Assembly (NCBI GenBank): GCA_964537135.1
Contig: CAZHZC010000011.1
Coordinates: 59,848 to 123,847 of the forward strand
Source of the DNA: an uncultured Rikenella sp.
Lineage (GTDB): Bacteria > Bacteroidota > Bacteroidia > Bacteroidales > VadinHA17
DNA: 64,000 nucleotides
Reading direction: 5' to 3'
This document shows, one piece after another, positions 19,447 to 27,731 of this stretch; positions within the stretch are counted from its first letter, which is position 1, and each line of letters starts with the position of its first letter. The notes beneath the pieces are model-generated. The model ran no database searches. It saw nothing but the letters and a program-made list of their open reading frames with translations, and was not told the origin of the DNA. The position numbers and the translations under genes were made by a program.

Positions 19447-20559
19447 ATGGCGAAGGATATCAGCGAACAGGTACGAGAGCTTCTTTTCAGGCATGACTGT
19501 GTCATTATCCCCGGGTTTGGTGCATTTATAGGCAACTATTTCCCGGCCACTATTGACCGCAGGGAGGGTCTTTTTGAGCCCCCCTCGCGCAAGATAACCT
19601 TCAACCGTCACCTGACCGGTAATGACGGACTGCTGATAGGTCATATCTCGGCAGTCACCGGTACCGGTTATGCCGAGGCACGTGATATTGTCGGTGAGTG
19701 GGCCGCCGAGCTGAAGAGCCGTATCATGACCGGCAGACCGGTAACCATCCCCTTCCTGGGGACCTTCTCCCTTAACTATGACAAGGTGATAGTGTTTGAC
19801 CCCGACCTGTCAGTCAACTATCTGCTCTCATCATACGGACTCAGCGCCTATCACCGCAGGCCGGTGAGCGGCTTCGATGTCAGGAAGAGGGTGCTGGAGA
19901 GACGTCACCAGCCCGTGGTGAGTCAGCCGACCGTCAGAAGCCTGCTGGCAAGGGCAGCAGTGATAATACCGGTACTGGCAGCCCTGGCACTGGTGCCATT
20001 CAATGACCATATCTTTAAAAGCAATATTGATGAGGCAAACCTCAACCCGCTGGCACACGTTGAGCTGGAGTACAACCGTGCACAGATAGAGGCTGAGAGG
20101 ATGGCTGCTGCAAAAGTGATCACCGCTGATGAGTTTAGCGGGCCTGTCGCTGCTGGCAGCTCTGCCACGACCACAGTCGCTCCTGCCAGCGCGGTCACAA
20201 GCCCTTCCCGGGCAGCTACGGTGAAGCCTGTCGCTGCTGGCTCTGCTACTGCCGCTGCCGCCTCTGACACCAGCCGCACCCCTGCTGTGGCGCCGGCCCC
20301 CTCGTTGAGGAGACCGACGGCTGAGGTGGTGGAGGACTACCGCTACCTGTTGATAATAGGCAGCTTTCAGGGTGAGGAGAATGCACTGACGCTGGTGGAG
20401 AAGCTGCGCAGGGAGGGCTATGACCCGGAGATGTCAGGCGGCCCGGACGGATACCTCAGGGTGAGCGCACAGGCGTACCGTACCCTTGAGGAGGCAAAGA
20501 GGGTGCTGGAAAAATTCAGGAAGGAGTACCCCGGCGCATGGGTACACAGGAGCCGGTAG
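19447..20559 (+). CDS. HU-CCDC81-like / SPOR domain protein
   Basis: The N-terminal LLFRHDCVIIPGFGAFIGNY pattern is HU-like. It has one TM segment, an Ala/Thr/Pro-rich linker, and a C-terminal SPOR-like YLLIIGSFQGEENALTLVEKLRREGY. Confidence 0.7.
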   Translation: MAKDISEQVRELLFRHDCVIIPGFGAFIGNYFPATIDRREGLFEPPSRKITFNRHLTGNDGLLIGHISAVTGTGYAEARDIVGEWAAELKSRIMTGRPVTIPFLGTFSLNYDKVIVFDPDLSVNYLLSSYGLSAYHRRPVSGFDVRKRVLERRHQPVVSQPTVRSLLARAAVIIPVLAALALVPFNDHIFKSNIDEANLNPLAHVELEYNRAQIEAERMAAAKVITADEFSGPVAAGSSATTTVAPASAVTSPSRAATVKPVAAGSATAAAASDTSRTPAVAPAPSLRRPTAEVVEDYRYLLIIGSFQGEENALTLVEKLRREGYDPEMSGGPDGYLRVSAQAYRTLEEAKRVLEKFRKEYPGAWVHRSR

Positions 20560-20582
20560 CCATACTGTTCGTTCCCCGGTGG

Positions 20583-22616
20583 TCACTTAACCACACTCCC
20601 GTTCTTTATCTCCTCCTCGGGGGTGACAAATACCAGTCTCCCCTGCTCATCCTCAGCCAGCAGTATCATTCCCTTCGACTCGATCCCCTTTATGGTGCGG
20701 GGCGCCAGGTTGACGATCACCGAGACCCGCTTGCCGGGCAGCTCCTCAGTGGTGAACTGTCCCGCTATGCCGGAGACGATGGTGCGGATATCAATACCGG
20801 TATCTACCTTTAGCCTGAGCAGCTTATTCGTTTTGGGAACCTTCTCCGCCTCGAGGATGGTTGCCGTACGAATATCCATACGGCTGAACTCATCGAAGGT
20901 GACATCACCCTTTTGCGGTATGGTGGTGCCATTCTCCTCCTCATTGCGGCGGCGGGTATCGTGCAGCTTCCTGAGCTGCTGTTCGATATCTGCATCCTCT
21001 ATCTTACTGAAGAGCAGTCCGCCGGAAGTGATAGTGTGGCCGGGAGCCAGCAGATCGGTGCGTCCGGCAGCATCCCACTGCAGGTCAGTGATACCCAGCC
21101 AGCCCCTCAGGCGGCTCATCGAGAAGGGGAGGAACGGCTCAAGAAGGATGGAGAGGTTGGCAGTGATCTGCAGCGCAACGAAGATGATCGTCCTGACCCT
21201 CTCAGGGTCGCTGCCGGCAATCTTCCACGGCTCGGTATCAGCAAGGTACTTGTTACCCAGCCTGGCCAGGTTCATCGCTTCGGTGAGCGCCTGACGGAAC
21301 CTGAATGCCTCCAGGCTGCTGTCAACACTTCTTCGCAGGGCATCAATTGCGTTGAGGGTGTCGTGATCATGCCGGTTCATCGTGCCGGGAGCAGGCACCA
21401 CACCCTGATAGTAGTTGGTGGTGAGCACCAGCGCACGGTTGACGAAGTTGCCCAGTATAGCTACCAGCTCATTGTTGTTACGTGCCTGGAACTCTTTCCA
21501 GGTGAAGTCATTATCTTTTGTCTCAGGCATATTTGCACAGAGGGTATAACGAAGGGAGTCCTGCCGGCCGGGAAAATCGTCGAGGTACTCATGCAGCCAT
21601 ACCGCCCAGTTCTTGGAGGTAGAGATCTTGTCATTCTCCAGGTTGAGGAACTCATTGGCAGGCACGTTGTCAGGGAGGATATAGCTGCCCTCTGCCTTCA
21701 GCATGGCGGGGAAGATGATACAGTGGAACACTATGTTATCCTTACCGATGAAGTGTATCATGCGTGTCTCAGGATCTTTCCAGTACTTCTCCCAGTCGGG
21801 GGTCAGCTCCCTGGTGGCTGAGATGTATCCTATCGGTGCATCAAACCATACGTAGAGCACCTTACCCACGGCACCCTCAACAGGCACCGGCACCCCCCAG
21901 CTGAGGTCACGGCTCACCGCCCTGGGCTGTAGTCCCTGGTCAAGCCACGACTTGCACTGACCGTAAACGTTGGCTTTCCACTCGGTATGCTCTTCAAGTA
22001 TCCACTTCCTGATCCACGGCTCATACCTGTCCAGCGGCAGGTACCAGTGCAGGGTGTCACGCATGACCGGCTTGCTGCCGCTGATGGTGGAACGCGGATT
22101 GATCAGTTCGGTGGGGCTGAGTGAGCTGCCGCACTTCTCACACTGGTCACCATAGGCGTTCTCATGGCTGCAGTTGGGACAGGTACCGGTTATGTAGCGG
22201 TCGGCAAGGAAGCAGGCGGCCTCCTCATCATAGTACTGGCTGGTGCTCTTCTCAATGAACTCACCCTTCTCATAGAGGGTACGGAAGAAGGCGGAGGCGG
22301 TCTCATAGTGTATCTTGTTGGTGGTGCGTGAGTAGATATCGAATGAGATACCGAAGTCGCTGAACGCCTTCTTGATAAGCGCATGGTAATGGTCAACCAC
22401 CTGCTGTGGTGTCTTACCCTCGTTACGTGCCTTGAGGGTGATGGGAACACCATGCTCGTCTGAGCCGCAGATAAAGAGTGTCTCCTCACCACGCATGCGT
22501 AGCCACCGTACGTAGATGTCTGATGGTACGTAGACCCCCGCCAGATGCCCTATATGGATAGGACCGTTGGCATAGGGAAGGGCTGAGGTGATGAGATGAC
22601 GCTTAAACTTCTTCAT
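20583..22616 (-). CDS. metG: methionine--tRNA ligase
   Basis: HIGH motif (PIHIGHLAG), zinc knuckle [23 protein letters not shown]-like KISTSKN, and a C-terminal tRNA-binding domain. Start is set at MKKFKRH (22616) because a -7 box lies inside the longer track ORF. Confidence 0.95.
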   Translation of the reverse strand: MKKFKRHLITSALPYANGPIHIGHLAGVYVPSDIYVRWLRMRGEETLFICGSDEHGVPITLKARNEGKTPQQVVDHYHALIKKAFSDFGISFDIYSRTTNKIHYETASAFFRTLYEKGEFIEKSTSQYYDEEAACFLADRYITGTCPNCSHENAYGDQCEKCGSSLSPTELINPRSTISGSKPVMRDTLHWYLPLDRYEPWIRKWILEEHTEWKANVYGQCKSWLDQGLQPRAVSRDLSWGVPVPVEGAVGKVLYVWFDAPIGYISATRELTPDWEKYWKDPETRMIHFIGKDNIVFHCIIFPAMLKAEGSYILPDNVPANEFLNLENDKISTSKNWAVWLHEYLDDFPGRQDSLRYTLCANMPETKDNDFTWKEFQARNNNELVAILGNFVNRALVLTTNYYQGVVPAPGTMNRHDHDTLNAIDALRRSVDSSLEAFRFRQALTEAMNLARLGNKYLADTEPWKIAGSDPERVRTIIFVALQITANLSILLEPFLPFSMSRLRGWLGITDLQWDAAGRTDLLAPGHTITSGGLLFSKIEDADIEQQLRKLHDTRRRNEEENGTTIPQKGDVTFDEFSRMDIRTATILEAEKVPKTNKLLRLKVDTGIDIRTIVSGIAGQFTTEELPGKRVSVIVNLAPRTIKGIESKGMILLAEDEQGRLVFVTPEEEIKNGSVVK

Positions 22617-22645
22617 ATTGATTCGGCTGCTGGTGGTTAACCGCG

Positions 22646-22653
22646 CAAAGATA
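22646..22653 (-). promoter_or_regulatory. -7 promoter box TATCTTTG upstream of metG
   Basis: Exact TAnnTTTG on the minus strand, 30 nt upstream of the ATG at 22616. Confidence 0.5.
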
Positions 22654-22695
22654 AACAATTTCAAAAAGTGTGATTATGACGGGAAAACTCTGTTT

Positions 22696-23547
22696 TTACT
22701 CAACATGTCCGAAGGCGGCCAGCACCTCGTGCATGTAGGTACGTGATACCGGCACCGATGCCGGCGGGCTGCTGTCAAGCTCCAGCATCAGCCCCTCCTT
22801 GTCCCTGCGTATCAGCTTAACCTTTTTGATGTTGACCAGCCATGACCGGTGGCATCTTATGACCGACTCCTCCTTCAGCTCCGCCTCCATCACCCTGAGC
22901 GTATTACGAAGCAGGAGCCTCATAAGCTTATCAGGAACCTGGTAGAAGACAGTAACATAGTTGTCACTTCCCTGTATATATAGAAGGTCAGAGTGTTTGA
23001 GTGACATCTGCAGCACCCCCTTCTCATCGCGCAGATGAATCATCGGGTGCTGGGCGCCGGCTGACGGCTGCTCCATAATGCCGGAAAGCTTTTTCTTGCT
23101 GTCACGCCATGCCAGCCACAACCAGAGGAAGGTGTAGGGCAGAAGCAGTGTCAGAGACGTGTTCTGTGCCGACCTTCCCAGGAGCTCGGTAAACTGACGC
23201 CGGTCGTGAAGAACGGTGATCTCAAAAATTGTGAAGAAGAGAGCCATGGCAAAGATCTCTGCCGCCACCCATACGAGGTAGTGCCACACCAGAAGCCGTT
23301 TGCCACGCCTGACAGAGTGATACATTATGATACGGCTGAGAGCCACCACCAGCACACCGGCCAGGATTACACCACTTGTATATAGCAGCAGGGTAGGCTT
23401 TGATACTTCAAACCAGATTGATACACCAAAGGGGGTGTAGAGGTTGAGGAAGAGCAGTGCAAAGCCTGCAGTGAAGAGTATCGTGGTAACGATATTTCCC
23501 TTCTCTGTCAGGTAGGAGGGCAGCTTCTTGCTCAGGTCAATATTCAT
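22696..23547 (-). CDS. membrane-anchored LytTR-family DNA-binding protein
   Basis: About 4-5 N-terminal TM helices followed by a C-terminal LytTR-like segment (YIQGSDNYVTVFY...RCHRSWLVNIKKV). No receiver domain. Confidence 0.75.
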   Translation of the reverse strand: MNIDLSKKLPSYLTEKGNIVTTILFTAGFALLFLNLYTPFGVSIWFEVSKPTLLLYTSGVILAGVLVVALSRIIMYHSVRRGKRLLVWHYLVWVAAEIFAMALFFTIFEITVLHDRRQFTELLGRSAQNTSLTLLLPYTFLWLWLAWRDSKKKLSGIMEQPSAGAQHPMIHLRDEKGVLQMSLKHSDLLYIQGSDNYVTVFYQVPDKLMRLLLRNTLRVMEAELKEESVIRCHRSWLVNIKKVKLIRRDKEGLMLELDSSPPASVPVSRTYMHEVLAAFGHVE

Positions 23548-23564
23548 CTGATCAATAATCTATG

Positions 23565-23572
23565 CAAATTTA
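23565..23572 (-). promoter_or_regulatory. -7 promoter box TAAATTTG upstream of the LytTR gene
   Basis: Exact TAnnTTTG on the minus strand, 18 nt upstream of the ATG at 23547. Confidence 0.45.
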
Positions 23573-23618
23573 ACACTTTTGGCGGTCTGCCGGTTTCAGC
23601 TCACTGTGAGAGCAAAAA

Positions 23619-23669
23619 TTTCACCCCGCATTTGAACATTTCACCCCGCTACGTAAGGTTTCGTCCCGT
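23619..23669. promoter_or_regulatory. three direct repeats TTTCACCCCGC / TTTCACCCCGC / TTTCGTCCCGT at exact 20-nt spacing (candidate LytTR operator)
   Basis: Repeats at 23619-23629, 23639-23649 and 23659-23669, in the divergent spacer between the LytTR gene and the hydrolase gene. Confidence 0.5.
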
Positions 23670-23738
23670 CGCGGAGACGGCGCCACCTCTTTTTTGGACG
23701 CCTCTTCAACCTTTTTTTTGTTTGCTGCAAAAAAGGTG

Positions 23739-24956
23739 ATGAGTTATACGGTATGTGAGAGGGAGATTGCCGCACACTTCAGGGGTGGTATGACCGTAGG
23801 GGTGATACCCGGCACCGGGGTGGCCCTCTCTGAAGAGCGGTTCCGGTCAGTGGCAGAGAGACCGTTACCTGAAGGAGAGGAGGTGCCGCGCCTCTTCCGG
23901 CCACTCTTCCGGTCACGAAGCATGGAGGAGGGCAACAGGGAGTTCAGTTACTACATAATGAGACCCGCCGGCTACTGCAATGGTAACGACGGTGCCAGTG
24001 ACAGTATCAGGGACAGCAACGGCAGGGGCAGTAGCAAAAACACCAGCCGCGGTGCCATTATCCTTCTTCACGGCCTTAATGAGCGCAGCTGGGGCAAGTA
24101 TATACAGTGGGGTACCAGGCTGGCAGCCGGCACAGGACGGCCGGTGATACTGTTCCCGCTGGCATGGCACATGAACCGTTCACCGCGCAGCTGGGTAGAC
24201 AGGCACCTGATGATGCCCCTGGTGACAGCCCGTACAGCGCTTGTTCCTGATGCACGGCCCTCTACCTTTGTCAATGTGGCACTGAGCATACGTATGAGCC
24301 TCTCGCCGCAGCTCTTCATGCTGTCAGGGTACCAGTCCGCTGCTGACCTCACCCGGCTGATAGCTATGCTGAGGCAGGGCTCCATACCGGGTATTGGCGC
24401 CGGTGGTGCGCCCGACATCTTTGCCTACTCCATCGGAGCCCTCATGACACAGGTGATGATGCTCTCTGACCCCTCACCGCTGCCTGATGAGAGTCGTGTA
24501 ATGCTCTTCTGCGGAGGGTGTGCCTTCAGCCTGATGCAGGGCACCTCCAAACTGATCATGGACAGCCGTGCCTTTGAGATACTCAACCGGTTTTACCTTG
24601 GCTGGCCTGACGGTGGCACGGGCAGAGGCGGCAAGGAGCTCACCAGGCTGATGAAGGAGACCCCTGAGGGAGAGGCTTTCTATGCGATGACCTCACTGAA
24701 ACGCCTGAAGGAGCTTCGCAACAGTCCGTTCAGCCACTATGGAGAGCGGCTCAAGGTGATAACCTTTGCCGGTGACCGCGTGATACCGCCGGAAGCGGTG
24801 AGGGAGACCCTCAGCGGATGCGACATCGCCACATGGGAGCCCGGCTACCAAGCAACACATGAGATGCCTTTCCCAAACCTTACCGGAGAGAGGGCAGAGG
24901 CGGTAGACCGTTCCTTCGGGAAACTCTTTGATACTGCGGATCGTTTTTTTTCATAA
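23739..24956 (+). CDS. alpha/beta-hydrolase-fold protein of unknown function
   Basis: ILLHGLNERSW (HG oxyanion motif), nucleophile-elbow-like FAYSIGAL, candidate Asp (FAGDRVIP) and His (QATHEMPF). The track start 23694 is a TTG and the first ATG is 23739. Confidence 0.55.
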   Translation: MSYTVCEREIAAHFRGGMTVGVIPGTGVALSEERFRSVAERPLPEGEEVPRLFRPLFRSRSMEEGNREFSYYIMRPAGYCNGNDGASDSIRDSNGRGSSKNTSRGAIILLHGLNERSWGKYIQWGTRLAAGTGRPVILFPLAWHMNRSPRSWVDRHLMMPLVTARTALVPDARPSTFVNVALSIRMSLSPQLFMLSGYQSAADLTRLIAMLRQGSIPGIGAGGAPDIFAYSIGALMTQVMMLSDPSPLPDESRVMLFCGGCAFSLMQGTSKLIMDSRAFEILNRFYLGWPDGGTGRGGKELTRLMKETPEGEAFYAMTSLKRLKELRNSPFSHYGERLKVITFAGDRVIPPEAVRETLSGCDIATWEPGYQATHEMPFPNLTGERAEAVDRSFGKLFDTADRFFS

Positions 24957-25217
24957 TATTGCGGCCTGAACACCCCCTCCCGCTACCCGGAACCCTGGTA
25001 GCCGGGAAATGATCAGGTGGCTGCCGGTAGAGTTTTTGATACTATTAAAACTCTACATAAAGAGTATCCCCTGATAACGCCTTCAAAAATACCTCTACAA
25101 TAAATTTTGCAAGAGACAAGGAATAACGTGTTTACGATTAATTGATAACACTACATTTAAAAATAATCTGAAATTACGCTGTTTCATGGCTCTACATTGC
25201 CCGTTGATTAATAAGCG

Positions 25218-25225
25218 TACCTTTG
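25218..25225 (+). promoter_or_regulatory. -7 promoter box TACCTTTG upstream of the phosphate locus
   Basis: Exact TAnnTTTG inside a ~340-nt AT-rich spacer, 74 nt upstream of the DUF47 ATG (25300). Confidence 0.4.
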
Positions 25226-25299
25226 TAGAGCATATTTTGCAGTGTGATTTAATAAACAGTGTTATTAGATAAACGGCGTAAATATACAAATTCACTATT

Positions 25300-25947
25300 A
25301 TGGCACTTTTCAAACGGGGCGTACAATCAATCGAATACCTTGATCAGTTTATGAATTCCATTGATGAAGGGATGCTGATCTTCAAAGAGGGACTGAAAAA
25401 TTATCTCTTTGGCAATCGCAACAATTTTCTCGACAACCTGCGTACCTTATCTAATCTGGAGACAGAGGCTGACAATATCAAGAGGAAGGTGGAGCAGTTG
25501 CTCTACACCCAGTCGCTGATGCCGCAGCTCCGGGGTGACATTCTGAGGCTGCTCGAAGATCTGGATGATATTATTGACCTGGCCAAGACCAACCTCTTTC
25601 AGTTTGATGTGGAGATTCCTACCATTCCTGCTGAGCTTCACCAGGATTTTATCAAGCTCTCTGAGCTCTCATGCAGTGCGGTAGAGTCGGTTATCCCGGC
25701 AGCAAGGGCCTATTTCCGTGATCCGGAGGCTGTCAATGAGATGATACACCGTGTCTATCTCTACGAAAAGGAGGCAGACAAACTGGCTGATGCCATTAAG
25801 CGCAGGGTATTCCATGAGATGTCAGGCCTGTCGCTGAGCGAGAAATTCCACCTCCGCTATTTCACCCTTCATATCGAGACTCTTTCCGATGCTGCTGAGC
25901 GGGTAGCTGACCTGCTGGCAATCATGGCAGTAAAACGAACTGTTTGA
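25300..25947 (+). CDS. DUF47 / PhoU-like PiT accessory protein
   Basis: 215 aa helical protein directly (14 nt) upstream of a PiT gene. This is the standard DUF47-PiT pairing. Confidence 0.8.
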   Translation: MALFKRGVQSIEYLDQFMNSIDEGMLIFKEGLKNYLFGNRNNFLDNLRTLSNLETEADNIKRKVEQLLYTQSLMPQLRGDILRLLEDLDDIIDLAKTNLFQFDVEIPTIPAELHQDFIKLSELSCSAVESVIPAARAYFRDPEAVNEMIHRVYLYEKEADKLADAIKRRVFHEMSGLSLSEKFHLRYFTLHIETLSDAAERVADLLAIMAVKRTV

Positions 25948-25961
25948 ATCGGGCCTGATCA

Positions 25962-27707
25962 ATGCTGTTTGCTATTTTCATATCGAGTGGTTTGTTTATG
26001 GGCTGGTCCCTCGGGGCCAATGATGCTGCCAGTATCTTCGGTACGGCGGTGGGCTCAAAGATGATCCGCTTCAGAACGGCAGCAATAATAGCCAGCATCT
26101 TTGTCATTATAGGGGCAGTGTTTCAGGGGAAGGGAACATCTGAGACATTGTCAAACCTCAGCTCCATCGATGCCCTTGCCGGTGCATTCACAGTATCTCT
26201 CTGTGCTGCTGCCACCGTATATGCCATGGTCAGCAACGGACTGCCGGTATCAACCACACAGGCCATCGTGGGGGCCATTATCGGGTGGAGTGCATTCAGC
26301 GGGGTAGGGGTAGACTATAACCTCCTCACCAAGATCGTGGTGTCATGGGTTACCAGCCCTCTTCTGGGGGTAATATTTGCTGCCATCCTCTTCATATTGA
26401 TGAGAAAGCTGCTGCGCAGACTGAAGATGCATGTCATTATTCTTGACTCATATATCCGGGTAGGGCTCATCATTGTAGGAGCGTTTGGAGCATATAGCCT
26501 GGGAGCCAATAATATAGCAAACGTGATGGGTGTCTTTTTACCCTCAGCCCCTGACCTGCTTATTGACTTTGGCATCTTTACCCTCGACGGCCAACAGTGG
26601 CTGTTTCTGCTTGGGGGTATGGCCATCTCACTGGGGATCATAACCTACAGCCATAAGGTGATGAACACCGTGGGCAACGGTATATTGTCACTCACACCGG
26701 AGACAGCCATAGTGGTTGTGCTGTCACAGTCAACCGTACTCTTCCTTTTCTCATCAACCGCCTTTGCCGAGATGCTGAGCTCTGTCGGACTGCCCCCACT
26801 GCCGCTGGTCCCTGTCTCAAGCACACAGGTGGTCATCGGCTCACTCCTGGGAATAGGCCTGGTGAAAGGGGTGAGAGAGGTGAACTTCCGTACCCTGGGC
26901 GGAATAGGGCTCGGCTGGATCATCACACCTTTAATATCCGGACTGCTTACCTATCTCGCTCTCTTCTTTGTACAGAATGTTTTCAACCTGCAGGTTACCA
27001 GCACCACACCAATAGGATACCCGGGTCCTGACTTTGTGCTGCCGGAGAAGAGTGCCGTCAATGTCAATGTGGTCCTTCCATTTTTACTCACAGTGGCAGT
27101 GTTGATAATAGCAACGTTGACAGTGCTGCTGGTCAGACAGATGCGGTTAAGACAAAAGGAGATAGACAATCTGCAGATCCATCAGGATAAGATATTCAAT
27201 TTCGAGAAGACATTGAATGACCTGGAGATAAGTACAATACAAAAGGAGAATGAGCTGCTGAACACCAAACTGGAGATAAAGCGCCGTGAGTTTGTTCAGG
27301 TGGCACAGACAATCTCACGTGAAAAGGAGTTTCTGGAGAGCCTGGCAGTGAAGATTGAGAATATGCTGCTCGATGAGAAGGGCAGCGCAGAGGTCAGGGA
27401 GAGCCTGCGGGAGCTGGCTGCCTCCATCAGACAGAAGATGAGCTTCTCAGGTGACCTGGAACAGTTCTATGGACAGATAGAGGAGACCCATGCAGAGTTC
27501 AGGTCAAAACTGACCATGGCCTACCCCGACCTGACACCCCGTGAGATGAAACTGGCAGTGCTCCTTTACCTGGGGTTCTCTACAAAGGAGATCTCCTCGC
27601 TGATAAATATCTCTGCCAAAAGCGTTGAGATAGCTCGCTACCGGCTGAGAAAAAAACTGGACCTCAAAAGAGGTGATAACCTGACAGATATTATTAAATC
27701 CTTATAA
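25962..27707 (+). CDS. PiT-family inorganic phosphate transporter fused to a coiled-coil segment and a C-terminal LuxR/GerE-type HTH
   Basis: Duplicated PiT signature GANDAASIFGTAVGS and GANNIANVMGVF. An extra TM helix is followed by RQMRLRQK, then ~120 aa of heptad-like sequence. The C-terminus LTPREMKLAVLLYLGFSTKEISSLINISAKSVEIARYRLRKKL is a LuxR-type HTH. Confidence 0.8.
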   Translation: MLFAIFISSGLFMGWSLGANDAASIFGTAVGSKMIRFRTAAIIASIFVIIGAVFQGKGTSETLSNLSSIDALAGAFTVSLCAAATVYAMVSNGLPVSTTQAIVGAIIGWSAFSGVGVDYNLLTKIVVSWVTSPLLGVIFAAILFILMRKLLRRLKMHVIILDSYIRVGLIIVGAFGAYSLGANNIANVMGVFLPSAPDLLIDFGIFTLDGQQWLFLLGGMAISLGIITYSHKVMNTVGNGILSLTPETAIVVVLSQSTVLFLFSSTAFAEMLSSVGLPPLPLVPVSSTQVVIGSLLGIGLVKGVREVNFRTLGGIGLGWIITPLISGLLTYLALFFVQNVFNLQVTSTTPIGYPGPDFVLPEKSAVNVNVVLPFLLTVAVLIIATLTVLLVRQMRLRQKEIDNLQIHQDKIFNFEKTLNDLEISTIQKENELLNTKLEIKRREFVQVAQTISREKEFLESLAVKIENMLLDEKGSAEVRESLRELAASIRQKMSFSGDLEQFYGQIEETHAEFRSKLTMAYPDLTPREMKLAVLLYLGFSTKEISSLINISAKSVEIARYRLRKKLDLKRGDNLTDIIKSL

Positions 27708-27731
27708 ATTGTTAAACCAATACTATTCAAA

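Noticed and set aside
20623-21821. Long plus-strand ORFs (223 aa at 20623-21294 and 302 aa at 20913-21821) opposite metG
   Set aside because: They lie entirely antisense to a gene with unambiguous MetRS motifs. Their translations are low-complexity (Ser/Arg/Pro/Gly-rich) with no motifs. They are typical shadow ORFs of GC3-biased coding sequence.
22617-22664. 16-codon N-terminal extension of metG in the ORF track (TTG start at 22664)
   Set aside because: A consensus -7 promoter box (22646-22653) lies inside the extension. [19 protein letters not shown] is the usual MetRS N-terminus.
23663-23695. Hairpin ccgtc-gcgga-gacgg followed by a T-run (possible terminator) and the cctttttt...aaaaaagg inverted repeat at 23711-23736
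   Set aside because: The stems are short (5 bp) or A/T-only. The location is between divergent genes, where no terminator is expected. This is not strong enough to call.
25095-25313. 72-aa minus-strand ORF in the AT-rich spacer upstream of the DUF47 gene
   Set aside because: It has a TTG start overlapping the DUF47 start region, and its hydrophobic, Ile/Leu/Lys-rich translation is typical of AT-rich non-coding DNA. The region is better explained as the promoter/operator of the phosphate locus.
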